A DNA stretch of 64,000 nt. Origin: an uncultured Methylomirabilota bacterium (GTDB taxonomy: Bacteria; Methylomirabilota; Methylomirabilia; Methylomirabilales; 2-02-FULL-66-22). Made by a program: the position numbers and the translations under genes. The stretch is taken from positions 209,714-273,713 of the forward strand of contig OY970067.1 in NCBI GenBank assembly GCA_963705305.1, read 5' to 3'. The notes under the pieces were generated by a model, which worked only from the letters and a program-made list of their open reading frames with translations, was not told the origin of the DNA and did not search any database. Positions 54,699 to 64,000 of this stretch are shown piece after piece (within the stretch, counting starts at the first letter, position 1; every line of letters starts with the position of its first letter).

Positions 54699-55460
54699 TC
54701 AGCCCAGCAGGCGGCCGCCGTCCACGACCATGACGTCGCCGGTCATGAAGTCGCCGCGGATGGCCAGAAACACGGCGGCATCGGCGATGTCCTCGGCCGC
54801 CCCGACGCGCTTGAGGGGGGCCGTCTGGGCCGCCTTTTGAGCGATTGCCTCCAGATCCGGCCGCCCGACGTTCCATCGGGTCTCCGCGATGAAGCCGGGG
54901 GCGATGACGTTCACCTGGATCTCCGGGCCGAGGGTCCGGGCCAGGCACTTGCTGAGCTGGATCACCGCCGCCTTGGAGCAGCAGTAGGCGATGGAGCTGC
55001 CTTGCGGCGCGAGGCCGGACACGGAGGCCAGGTTGATGATCCGGCCGGCCCCCTGTTTCTTCATGGCCGGCGCCGCGGCCCGGCAGCAGAAGAAGGTCCC
55101 CTTTACGTTCACCGCGTACAGGCGGTCCCACACCTCGTCCGTGAGCCCGTCGAGGTTGGCGAAATCCACGAACCGGGTGATGCCGGCGTTGTTCACCAAA
55201 ATATCGACGGCGCCGAATTTCTCCAGGACCGCCGCCACCATGGCCTTGACGGCCGGGTCGGACGCCACGTCGGCCCGGACGAGGAACGGCTTGCCGCCGG
55301 CCTGCGCCACCAGCGCGGCGGTCTCCTCGGCCTCCTGCTTTGACCGGGAGTAGTTCACGGCCACCTTGGCCCCCTCCCGGCCGTAGGCCACGGCGATGGC
55401 GCGGCCGATGCCCACGGCCGCCCCGGTAACGAGCGCAACCTTCCCATCCAGTTTTCCCAT
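54699..55460 (-). CDS. SDR-family oxidoreductase (FabG-like)
   Basis: GKVALVTGAAVGIGRAIA cofactor motif and YCCSKAA catalytic motif. ATG 55460 with GGAGAT RBS. Confidence 0.85.
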   Translation of the reverse strand: MGKLDGKVALVTGAAVGIGRAIAVAYGREGAKVAVNYSRSKQEAEETAALVAQAGGKPFLVRADVASDPAVKAMVAAVLEKFGAVDILVNNAGITRFVDFANLDGLTDEVWDRLYAVNVKGTFFCCRAAAPAMKKQGAGRIINLASVSGLAPQGSSIAYCCSKAAVIQLSKCLARTLGPEIQVNVIAPGFIAETRWNVGRPDLEAIAQKAAQTAPLKRVGAAEDIADAAVFLAIRGDFMTGDVMVVDGGRLLG

Positions 55461-55728
55461 CGGCCATCTCCTGAGTGAGGTAAGCGAGAGTTGAACACGC
55501 GCGACGGGGAGTCGCAATTGAAACGTATCACCATCCCGTGGGCTGTCAAGACGAAACGCGCGCGGAACAATCGAAGTGCGCCGGCCGGGTGCGTTGATAC
55601 GCAGAGTGAAGGGTGCTATGATCCGCCGAAAGCGGGCCCCGGCTCGCCACACTCCAACGGGATGCCGATGCTTTCCGTGGACGGTGGGCGCGGCGGGATC
55701 CCGCCCCGAGGCGCTAGGAGGGTGAACC

Positions 55729-57006
55729 ATGCGGTTCGACATGACCGAGAAGCTGGCAGTCCATGGCGGCCCCCAGGCGAAGCGGACCCCCTTCCCCGCC
55801 GGAAAGCGGCACGGCGATGTGGAGAAGCGGTACCTCACCGAGGTCATCGACGCCGACATGCTCTTCTACTTCTTCGGCTCCAAGGTCCGCGACTTCGAGC
55901 GGCGCTTCGCCGAGATGTACGGGGTCAGGCACTGCATCGCGTGCTCCAGCGGGACGGCGGCTGTTCACATGGCCGTGGCTGCCCTGGAACTACCCGTGGG
56001 CAGCGAGGTGATCACGCCGGCCATCACCGACATGGGCTCACTCACCGGCATCCTCTACCAGGGGCTGGTGCCCGTGTTTGCCGACGTGGAGCCCGATACG
56101 CTCAATATGAGTCCGGCCTCGGTTCGCGAGCGCATCACCGAGCGCAGCCGGGCCATCCTGGTCGTGCATCACAGCGGGCTGGCCGCGGACATGGACGCCC
56201 TCCTCACGATCGGCCGCGAGACGGGACTCCCCCTTATCGAGGACTGCGCCCAGGCCTACTGCTGCACGTACCGGGGCAAGCTGGCGGGGACCATGGGCGC
56301 CATCAACGCCTTTTCCTTGAACCACTTCAAACACATCACCTGCGGGTCGGGAGGCATGGTGCTCACGGATGACGACCGGCTGCGCTACCGAGCCTCCCTG
56401 TTCTTGGACAAGTGCTTCCAGCGCGAGGAGGGCATCCGGAACCCCTTCTTCCTGGCCCCGAACTATCAGATGACCGAGCTCCAGGGTGCCGTGGCCTTGG
56501 CCCAGCTGGAAAAGGTGCAGGGGATCGTCGACGCCAGGAACCGCCTGGGGAGCCTGCTGAATCGGCACCTGGCGGAGATCCCGGGCGTGGTTCCGCAGGC
56601 GACGCCCGAGGGCCGGAAGCATGCCTTCTTCCTCTACCTGTTCCGGCTGGACCTGAGCGTGCTGGGCTGCACGGCCGACGAGTTCTCCAAGACGCTCGCT
56701 GCCGAGGGCATCCCGAACAAGCCGCATCTGATCACCGGCGGCCGCCCCGTCTATCTGTACGACATTTTCCGGAACCGCTCCGCCTTTCCCGGAAGTACCT
56801 TCCCCTTCACGCGCCCTGACGGTACGGGCCGCACGTACCGGCGGGGAGACTGCCCGGTGGCCGAAGCCGCCTTCGACACCTGGATCACCATGAACATCTA
56901 CGAGCATTTCACCGAGGACGATATCGCAGAGATAGCCCACGGCGTCGGCAAAGTGGCCCACCATTACACCTCGCGGGTCCCGTCAGGACGCATGCCGCGC
57001 GGCTAA
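55729..57006 (+). CDS. DegT/DnrJ/EryC1/StrS-family PLP-dependent aminotransferase
   Basis: Family-typical sequence, including CSSGTAAVHMAVAAL and the Lys region NHFKHITCGSGGMV. AGGAGG RBS. Confidence 0.8.
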   Translation: MRFDMTEKLAVHGGPQAKRTPFPAGKRHGDVEKRYLTEVIDADMLFYFFGSKVRDFERRFAEMYGVRHCIACSSGTAAVHMAVAALELPVGSEVITPAITDMGSLTGILYQGLVPVFADVEPDTLNMSPASVRERITERSRAILVVHHSGLAADMDALLTIGRETGLPLIEDCAQAYCCTYRGKLAGTMGAINAFSLNHFKHITCGSGGMVLTDDDRLRYRASLFLDKCFQREEGIRNPFFLAPNYQMTELQGAVALAQLEKVQGIVDARNRLGSLLNRHLAEIPGVVPQATPEGRKHAFFLYLFRLDLSVLGCTADEFSKTLAAEGIPNKPHLITGGRPVYLYDIFRNRSAFPGSTFPFTRPDGTGRTYRRGDCPVAEAAFDTWITMNIYEHFTEDDIAEIAHGVGKVAHHYTSRVPSGRMPRG

Positions 57007-57388
57007 ATCCGCCCGGCCGTTGAAGGGCACGCCGGGACGTAAGCCAAGTGAATCCTGTCGGCGTCCCGCCTCACGAGGCCACGCGCCGCGGCCCAGTCCC
57101 GGGCGTGAACAGTCGCCCGGTCGAACGGGCGCACCCAAGGGGGAGCCTCGCCCAGCAGCAGACCGATCTCCATCGCCCTGCCGATTTTTTCCTCCATGAT
57201 ACCCCTCCGGTAGTAGGCCAGCGTGACTGCACCTTCATGCAACGATCAAAGCACGGGGTGTGCCGCCGCTGATAGCGTGTTAAACTAAGCGGCAGACTCG
57301 GTGAATCTCGATGCCCCGTGGGCCTGTGCAGGAGGCGGAGGGTATCCCCGAGAAAAACGGCTGACGAAAAAGAGCGGGCAACCCCACC

Positions 57389-57895
57389 ATGCAGTGGACA
57401 AAAGTACTCCAGGCATCGATGTTGATACTCGTCGGAGTATTCCTCTCGGCCTGCACGGCGGAGAGGCCGATGTGGCATCCGGTAGGTGAGGCGGCGGCTC
57501 CTCCCCCGAGAGCCTATCGGCACGAACGAACCACCGAGGACCTGAAGCTGTACTGGAATTGCGAGCCGACTCCCGGGAGATTGCGGGTGGACGGCTTTGT
57601 GGAGAATGTGGGCAAAGGCGAGGTCCGCACCCTGCTGCTGCAGGTCAACGGACTGGATTCGGTCCAGCACCGGATCCTGCAGGCCGGAGCGGGCATTCCG
57701 GACATCGTGCTCTATCCGGGGGACCGCGTCCCATTCCACCTCGACGTACAGCCGACCGGGGCCGAAGAGCGGTTCGATTTCGTCTACCAATACCGGGTCC
57801 AGGTGGTTTCCCGGGCCCTTCCGCCCGTGCCTCCCGTGCTTAAGGAGTTCACGATCGCGAATGTCTGCGCCCCCGGCGTGGACCGACCCCGCTGA
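57389..57895 (+). CDS. hypothetical lipoprotein
   Basis: Signal peptide with a lipobox-like LSAC. No domain recognised. Confidence 0.5.
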   Translation: MQWTKVLQASMLILVGVFLSACTAERPMWHPVGEAAAPPPRAYRHERTTEDLKLYWNCEPTPGRLRVDGFVENVGKGEVRTLLLQVNGLDSVQHRILQAGAGIPDIVLYPGDRVPFHLDVQPTGAEERFDFVYQYRVQVVSRALPPVPPVLKEFTIANVCAPGVDRPR

Positions 57896-58013
57896 GGAGC
57901 GACGCTGTCTTCCGGAGCCATCGCCGCATGTCGACGGCGGCCGGTGACGATCCTTCTCTCAGGCGGCGGGAGGCTGCGCCGATTTCCCCGCAGCGAACCC
58001 TGGAGGCATCTCG

Positions 58014-60149
58014 ATGAAGCCTCGCGACCTGCGTGACCCGGCCTCGCTCAGCCGGATGTCCTTCTCGGGAACCGGCCCCGACGCACCGGATGCCTCGGGG
58101 GCGAGGGCGCCCGATCGGCCGGTGTCCGCCGCCCGTCTACCCGACCTGATTCCCCGGGCCATTCTTTTTGGCAACCCCGACCGGGCAGCCGTTCGCATCA
58201 GCCCGGACGGCCTGCACCTTTCTTACCTGGCCCCCGTCAACGGAGTCCTGAACGTCTGGGTGGCGCCGGCGGGTCGGGTCGAGGCGGCGAAGCCGATCAC
58301 CCGGGACACCGGACGCGGCATCCGCATCTACTTCTGGGCGTACACCAACCGCCACATCCTGTACCTCCAGGACCAGGGGGGCGACGAAAACTGGAAGGTG
58401 TACGCCGTGGACATCTCGACGGCACAATCCAGAGACCTCACCCCCTTCGAGACCATCCCCGGCCCCGATGGCAAGCCGATCACGCTTCCCGGCGGACAGC
58501 CCATGCGGCCCGCGGCCCGCATCGAGAACGTCAGCCACCGGTTTCCGGACACCATCCTGGTCGGCCTGAATAACCGCGACACCCGTTACCATGACGTCTA
58601 CCGGGTGAACATCATCACCGGCGAGATGGCCCTGGTGCAGGCAAACCCCGACTTTGCAGGATTCGTCACCGACAACGACTACCGCGTCCGGTTCGCCAGC
58701 CGGATGACCGCCGACGGCGGCACGGAACTCCTGCAACCCGCCTCCGGGGATCAGGCCGGGATCCAGAGCTGGGAGCCGTTCCTTCGTGTCGGCCTGGAAG
58801 ACTCCCTGACGACTCACCCGGTGGGATTCGACAAGTCGGGGCAGGCCCTGTACCTGGTGGATTCCCGCGGACGGGACACGGCGGTCCTGAGCAGGCTCGA
58901 CCTCGGCACGGGGGCCCTCCGCGTTCTGGCCGCAGACCCCCGCTCGGATGTCGCCGGCCTGCTGGTGCACCCGACCGAGGAGACGGTCCAGGCCGTCGCT
59001 TTCAACTACACGCGGCCCGAGTGGACGGTCCTGGACGCGGCCATCCGTCCCGACCTGGAGTACCTCGGGACGCTGGCGGACGGGGAGGTCACCGTCACCA
59101 GCCGCACGCTGGATGACACGAAGTGGACGGTCGCCTTCCTCCCGGACGACGGGCCGGTGCATTTCTACCTGTACGACCGACAGGCCCGCCAAGCGATCTT
59201 CCTGTTCACCAATCGCCGGGACCTGGAGGGCCTGCCCCTGGCCAAGATGCAGCCGGTCGTGATCAGGAGCCGTGACGGATTGGATCTCGTGTCATACCTC
59301 ACGCTGCCGGCGGACGCGGCCCGGGGCGCCGGCGGGCGCCCCGCCGCTCCCCTGCCGCTGGTTCTGAATGTGCATGGAGGGCCCTGGGCCCGCGACACGT
59401 GGGGATTCGACCCCCAGCACCAGTGGCTCGCCAACCGCGGCTACGCGGTCCTCAGCGTCAACTACCGGGGATCCACGGGGTTGGGCAAGGGAACCGTCAA
59501 CGCCGCCACTCGCGAGTGGGCCGGCAAGATGCACGACGACCTGATCGACGCCGTCCGCTGGGCGATAGGCGAGGGGATCGCGGATCCCGCCCGGATCGCG
59601 ATCGTGGGCGGCTCTTACGGCGGGTACGCCGCCCTGGTGGGCCTCACGTTCACGCCGGACGTCTTCGCCTGCGGGGTAAGCATCGTCGGGCCGTCCAACC
59701 TGGTCACGCTGCTCAACACCATCCCCCCCTACTGGGAGCCGGGGATCGCCATGTTCACGACCCGGGTGGGCGACCATCGCACCGAGGAGGGTCGGGCCTT
59801 CCTCACCAGTCGCTCGCCGCTGACGTTCGTCGACCGGATCCGACGGCCGCTGTTGATCGGCCAGGGGGCCAACGATCCTCGAGTCAAACAGAGCGAGTCG
59901 GACCAGATCGTGGCCGAGATGCAGCGGAGGCGGATCCCGGTCACGTACGTCCTTTACCCCGATGAGGGCCACGGCTTCGTCCGGCCGGAGAACCGGATGT
60001 CGTTCAGCGCGGTGGTCGAGGCTTTTCTCAGCCGGCACCTGGGCGGGCGCTTCGAGCCCGTCGGGAGGGACTTCGAGGGGTCCACGATCACCGTCCCGAC
60101 GGGCGCCGGGAATGTCCCCGGTTTGGAGGCTGCCCTCGCGAATCGGTGA
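58014..60149 (+). CDS. S9-family serine peptidase (prolyl oligopeptidase / dipeptidyl aminopeptidase type)
   Basis: Beta-propeller N-terminal part plus catalytic GGSYGGYA, and D and H regions (GANDPRV, PDEGHGF). GGAGG RBS. Confidence 0.85.
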   Translation: MKPRDLRDPASLSRMSFSGTGPDAPDASGARAPDRPVSAARLPDLIPRAILFGNPDRAAVRISPDGLHLSYLAPVNGVLNVWVAPAGRVEAAKPITRDTGRGIRIYFWAYTNRHILYLQDQGGDENWKVYAVDISTAQSRDLTPFETIPGPDGKPITLPGGQPMRPAARIENVSHRFPDTILVGLNNRDTRYHDVYRVNIITGEMALVQANPDFAGFVTDNDYRVRFASRMTADGGTELLQPASGDQAGIQSWEPFLRVGLEDSLTTHPVGFDKSGQALYLVDSRGRDTAVLSRLDLGTGALRVLAADPRSDVAGLLVHPTEETVQAVAFNYTRPEWTVLDAAIRPDLEYLGTLADGEVTVTSRTLDDTKWTVAFLPDDGPVHFYLYDRQARQAIFLFTNRRDLEGLPLAKMQPVVIRSRDGLDLVSYLTLPADAARGAGGRPAAPLPLVLNVHGGPWARDTWGFDPQHQWLANRGYAVLSVNYRGSTGLGKGTVNAATREWAGKMHDDLIDAVRWAIGEGIADPARIAIVGGSYGGYAALVGLTFTPDVFACGVSIVGPSNLVTLLNTIPPYWEPGIAMFTTRVGDHRTEEGRAFLTSRSPLTFVDRIRRPLLIGQGANDPRVKQSESDQIVAEMQRRRIPVTYVLYPDEGHGFVRPENRMSFSAVVEAFLSRHLGGRFEPVGRDFEGSTITVPTGAGNVPGLEAALANR

Positions 60150-60371
60150 GCGCGAGCCCGCCCCCGCCTCTCCTGCCGCTTCCGACCGGCCAGCACTTCT
60201 GGATTGACAATCGCCCGCGTCGAGAAAAGAATCGCCGCGAGACAACACGGGAACGACCCTGCTCGCGGACGGGGGGCATCGCGACGGCCATCACGCCGCG
60301 GCCCACAGAGGAGCCGCTCCCCGCCCCCGGATCCGGCAGGCGGCACACACCTACCCAGGAGGAGACGACTC

Positions 60372-60854
60372 ATGGTACGCGACGAAGCACGCTGGGCAAG
60401 CGGACACTTCGGGCGAATGCTGCCGGTGCGCCTCCGGACCGGCACGGATCTCACCAATGGACTCAAGAAGGTCTGCGATGAGGCCGGCCTCCGGTACGGG
60501 GCGGTGCTCATCGGCATCGGCAGCCTTCGGCGGCTCAGCTACCAGGTCCTGACCCCCAAGCCGGACACGAAGCTCGGCGCCGGCTATACGGACCCGACCC
60601 TGGTCCCCGGGCCGGTGGAAATCCTCAGTCTCCAGGGGGTGATCTTCCAGTCGGAGGAGGGCGAGACGCTGCTCCACCTCCACGGAACCTTCTCAGACAA
60701 GACCGGGAAGGTGTACGCCGGACACGTGGTGGCGGGCGAGAATCCCGTCCTGGCCACGTTGGATGGGGTGATCGCGGAGGCGGCCGGCGTCCGGATGGTT
60801 CGCAGGATGGACGAGGAGGTGGGGCTGGGCCTGTGCACCCCGGAGGCCGCCTAG
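60372..60854 (+). CDS. PPC (DUF296) domain protein
   Basis: LSLQG...LHLHG.F......V.GGH pattern. ATG 60372 with AGGAGGAG RBS. Confidence 0.7.
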   Translation: MVRDEARWASGHFGRMLPVRLRTGTDLTNGLKKVCDEAGLRYGAVLIGIGSLRRLSYQVLTPKPDTKLGAGYTDPTLVPGPVEILSLQGVIFQSEEGETLLHLHGTFSDKTGKVYAGHVVAGENPVLATLDGVIAEAAGVRMVRRMDEEVGLGLCTPEAA

Positions 60855-60912
60855 CAGCTGGGCCCTTTTGAGCAGCCTGCCGCAACGTGAGTTTTTCAGG
60901 AGCCTGCTAGGG
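60851..60912. repeat. K-family short derivative, K3
   Basis: CTAGCAGCTGGGCCCTTTTGAGCAGCCTGC...TTTTTCAGGAGCCTGCTAG shares the K-family end motifs. It begins at the DUF296 stop codon. Confidence 0.5.
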
Positions 60913-60973
60913 CTTGACGGGCGGGCGTCGCGGGCCCTGTGACCCGGTGCCGGGGAATGGCGGGGAGGAAGAC

Positions 60974-61942
60974 ATGCCGGCCCACAGAGCACTGTGTCTC
61001 GCTATGTACGAGCAGATGCTGACCATCCGCAGGTTCGAGGAGAAGGCCATCGAGCTGTTCGAGCACGGGCTCATCCGCGGAAACGTTCATCCCTGCATCG
61101 GCCAGGAGGCCGTCTCCGTGGGAGTCTGCGCCGCCCTGCGCCCACGGGACTACATGACGAGCACCCACCGCGGCCATGGCAATTGCCTCGCCAAGGGGGC
61201 CGATGTGAAGCGGATGATGGCCGAGCTTTTGGGAAAGGCCACCGGGTACTGCAAGGGGAAGGGCGGCTCGATGCACATCGCCGACTTCGAGGGCGGCAAT
61301 CTGGGCGCCAACGGGATCGTGGGGGGCGGCTTTCCCATCGCCGTGGGGGCGGCCATCAGCATCCAGAACTGCGGCACCGACCAGGTCGCCATTTGCTTCT
61401 TCGGGGACGGGGCCGCCAGCCAGGGCACGTTCCACGAGAGCCTGAACCTGGCCGCCCTCTGGAAGCTCCCCGTGATCTTCGTCTGCGAGAACAATCAGTA
61501 CGCCCTCTCCACGCCGGTTCGCGAGTCCATCGCCCACCCGCAGCTTGCCGACCGGGGCAAGGCCTACGGCATCCCCGGCCACGCCGTGGACGGCAACGAC
61601 GTCCTAAAGGTCCATGCCCGGACCAGGGAGGCGGTCGCCCGCGCCCAGGCCGGCGGGGGGCCGACCCTTCTGGACTGCCTCACCTACCGCTTTTACGGCC
61701 ATTTCACCGGCGATCCGGGCCGCGGTGCCGCGTACCGGACCAGGGACGAGATCGAGGAGTGGCAGGCTCGTTGCCCCCTGCGCCGGTTCGGCGACTGGCT
61801 GCGGAGCCAGGGATGGATGGCCCCCCAGGTGGAGCGGGCTATCGAGGCCAGGGTGAGCGCCGCCATCGAGGCGGCGGTCCAATTCGCGCAGGACAGCCCG
61901 TGGCCGTCCCCGGACGAGGCTCTGCAGGATCTCTTCTGTTGA
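60974..61942 (+). CDS. thiamine-diphosphate-dependent 2-oxoacid dehydrogenase E1 alpha subunit (PdhA/AcoA-like)
   Basis: IRRFEEK, GQEAV.VG, HRGHG and the GDGA..QG ThDP motif. Confidence 0.85.
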   Translation: MPAHRALCLAMYEQMLTIRRFEEKAIELFEHGLIRGNVHPCIGQEAVSVGVCAALRPRDYMTSTHRGHGNCLAKGADVKRMMAELLGKATGYCKGKGGSMHIADFEGGNLGANGIVGGGFPIAVGAAISIQNCGTDQVAICFFGDGAASQGTFHESLNLAALWKLPVIFVCENNQYALSTPVRESIAHPQLADRGKAYGIPGHAVDGNDVLKVHARTREAVARAQAGGGPTLLDCLTYRFYGHFTGDPGRGAAYRTRDEIEEWQARCPLRRFGDWLRSQGWMAPQVERAIEARVSAAIEAAVQFAQDSPWPSPDEALQDLFC

Positions 61943-61964
61943 GGCGGTGGGAGGGAACAGCGCC

Positions 61965-62948
61965 ATGCCGGATGTCACGTTTGTCGAAGCGCTCCGGATG
62001 ACCCTGCGAGAGGAGATGGTGCGCGATCCCTCTCTCATGCTCATCGGGGAGGACATCGGCCGCTTCGGCGGGATCTTCGGGGTGACCAAGGGGCTTCTGG
62101 AGCAGTTTGGCCCGAAGCGGGTGCGCAGCACCCCCATCTCCGAATCCGCCATCATCGGCTCGGCCCTGGGGGCGGCCATGACCGGCACCCGCACGGTAGC
62201 CGAGCTGATGTACGTGGACTTCGCCGGCTGCGCCATGGACCAGATCCTGAACCAGGTCGCCAAGATGCGCTACATGTCGGGGGGGAAGCTCCGAATCCCC
62301 CTGGTCATCCGCACGCACGAGGGCGGCGGGAGGGGCAACGCCGCACAGCACTCGCAGAGCCTGGAGTCCCTCTTTCTCCACATCCCGGGCCTGAAGATCG
62401 TCCTTCCGTCCACGCCCCGCGACGCGCGGGGCCTGCTGAAGAGCGCTATCCGCGACGACAATCCGGTCATCTTCATCGAGCACAAGCTCCTCTATGCGAC
62501 GAAGGGCCCGATCCCGGACGGCGAATACCTCATCCCGCTGGGCCAGGCCGAGGTCAAGCGGCCGGGGAAGGATGCCACTCTCTTGACCATCTCTCACATG
62601 GTCCTGAAGGCGTTGAAGGCTGCAGACCGGCTGGCGGACGAGGGGATCGACGTCGAAGTCATCGACCTCCGGACGCTCGTCCCCTTGGATCTGGAGGCCG
62701 TCCTCCGGTCGGTCCGGAAGACCAACCGTGTGGTCGTCGCCCACGAGGCCTGCCGCCGGGGAGGCTTCGGCGCCGAGCTGGCGGCGCAGATCGAGGAGGA
62801 GGCCTTCGACTTCCTGGACGCGCCCGTGGAGCGGGTCGGGGCGCCGGATGTCCCCATCCCCTACAGCAAACCCCTGGAGGATGCCGTGATTCCCAACGAG
62901 GACGGCATCGTCGCCGCCGTGAGAAAGGTGTTCGGCCGAACGTCGTGA
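61965..62948 (+). CDS. 2-oxoacid dehydrogenase E1 beta subunit (PdhB/AcoB-like)
   Basis: VTFVEALRMTLREEM..DP.....GEDIG..GG.F..T. No E2 gene follows. Confidence 0.85.
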   Translation: MPDVTFVEALRMTLREEMVRDPSLMLIGEDIGRFGGIFGVTKGLLEQFGPKRVRSTPISESAIIGSALGAAMTGTRTVAELMYVDFAGCAMDQILNQVAKMRYMSGGKLRIPLVIRTHEGGGRGNAAQHSQSLESLFLHIPGLKIVLPSTPRDARGLLKSAIRDDNPVIFIEHKLLYATKGPIPDGEYLIPLGQAEVKRPGKDATLLTISHMVLKALKAADRLADEGIDVEVIDLRTLVPLDLEAVLRSVRKTNRVVVAHEACRRGGFGAELAAQIEEEAFDFLDAPVERVGAPDVPIPYSKPLEDAVIPNEDGIVAAVRKVFGRTS

Positions 62949-63143
62949 CGGGCCGGCCTGGAGTGGCCCCGCCCGCGGGCAGGCGACGCGCCGCCGCGAG
63001 CCCGAATGGTGCAGTGCAGCCGCAGGGCATGTAAAGACCGCTGCCTCCCTCCCGGGCGCTTGACACCCGGACCCAGGCACCCCAGGATAGAATCTGCCGG
63101 GTCCGCCGGCCGATCACCTCCGGCGCATTATCCGGACCATTCC

Positions 63144-64000
63144 ATGAACCGAACCGAACGGGCATTCGAAGGAGACCCGGGCACCCAGACGCGACACCCC
63201 CGCGATGCGCGAAGGCGGAGGCTCCCCTGGCCCGTCGCTCTCTCGGAGCTGGCCGGAACGGCGCTCCTCGTGGCCGTGGGTCTGTCGGTGGTCATCCTCG
63301 ACTTCGCTCCCGGCAGCCCCGTGGCGACCCTACTGCCCGGCCCGGGCGCCCGCCGCCTCCTGACGGGGTTCCTCTTCGGAACGATCGGGGTGCTCGTCGC
63401 CGTCTCGCCTGTCGGTCGGATCAGCGGCGCGCACATCAACCCCGCCGTGACACTGGCGTTCTGGCTGCGAGGAAGGATGCGGGGGAGCCACGCCGTCGGC
63501 TACGTCCTGGCCCAGCTCGCCGGCGCCGTCCTCGGATCCCTCCCTCTGCTCCTGTGGGGCCGGATGGGCAAGGCCGTGCAATTCGGAGCGACAGTGCCCG
63601 GCGCCGCTTATGGACCGTCCGTCGCCATGGCGGGCGAGACCGTCGCCACCGCAGCCCTCATCGTGGGGCTGTTCTTCTTCCTGAGCCGGCGCGAAATCCG
63701 CCACTTCACCCCGCTCCTCTTCCCATTTCTGTACGCCGTCATGGTGTATCTCGAGGCCCCCATCTCCGGCACCAGCACCAATCCGGCGCGAAGCCTGGGA
63801 CCGGCACTGATCTCGGGAGACTGGCAGGGGTGGTGGGTGTACTGGCTGGGACCCGCCCTGGGAACCATGCTGGCGGTCGGGACCCACGGCATGGGATGGC
63901 TCGGCCGATTCGAGGTCGAAGTCGCCAAGCTTTTCCACTTCGAGCACGATCCCTACGGCGTGTTCCACCCCCGCCGCGACCAGGCGGCGCCCCCGGAAGG
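63144..64000 (+). CDS. MIP/aquaporin-family channel, 3' end beyond the window
   Basis: Own translation from ATG 63144, open to the window end. Two NPA boxes (SGAHINPAVT, GTSTNPARS). Absent from the ORF track because no stop lies in the window. Confidence 0.8.
   Translation, partial: MNRTERAFEGDPGTQTRHPRDARRRRLPWPVALSELAGTALLVAVGLSVVILDFAPGSPVATLLPGPGARRLLTGFLFGTIGVLVAVSPVGRISGAHINPAVTLAFWLRGRMRGSHAVGYVLAQLAGAVLGSLPLLLWGRMGKAVQFGATVPGAAYGPSVAMAGETVATAALIVGLFFFLSRREIRHFTPLLFPFLYAVMVYLEAPISGTSTNPARSLGPALISGDWQGWWVYWLGPALGTMLAVGTHGMGWLGRFEVEVAKLFHFEHDPYGVFHPRRDQAAPPE

Noticed and set aside
57003-57242. ORF 57003..57242 (minus, 79 aa) as a small gene downstream of the DegT gene
   Set aside because: No motif, no RBS seen, and it overlaps the DegT stop region. 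The evidence is insufficient.

Overview
High-G+C (by eye about two-thirds) bacterial chromosomal fragment; the taxon cannot be assigned from the sequence alone. I can support about 55 protein genes. They include an acid-sugar-type cluster (2.1-6.0 kb), hydantoinase/nitrilase genes (27.4-32.6 kb), one long plus-strand operon (DUF3830, MrfA-like helicase, methyltransferase, MoeA, BFN nuclease, TPR, NTPase, agmatinase; 33.1-41.6 kb), PiT/DUF47, an ACAD/ETF-QO/EtfBA operon (47.6-54.2 kb), an SDR, a DegT aminotransferase, an S9 peptidase, E1 alpha/beta, and a 3'-truncated aquaporin that the ORF track misses. I found no rRNA, tRNA or CRISPR array.

The window's main feature is non-coding repeat content:
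- Two IS630-family insertion sequences sit in CTAG targets.
- A 201-bp MITE with 9-bp target duplications splits an MFS gene, and a second copy lies 43 kb away.
- A 268-bp inverted-repeat element lies between etfB and etfA.
- Two further intergenic repeat families (R and K) are present; R carries G-quadruplex motifs.
- An 11-kb accessory island (about 12.7-23.8 kb) is saturated with two related families of miniature elements with terminal inverted repeats (TIRs). They share GGGGACGT-type termini and conserved cores that look like structured RNA. They separate lower-G+C, defence-like genes (FRG, HEPN-like, DUF4258/YgiT) in a cassette-like arrangement.

In the same island, a DsbA/FrnE-like gene has an in-frame TGA exactly at the first Cys of its CxxC motif, followed by a SECIS-like hairpin, so it is a candidate selenoprotein. 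Several genes carry apparent frameshifts (nitrilase, helicase). All coordinates, alignments and folds were done by eye and need computational confirmation.
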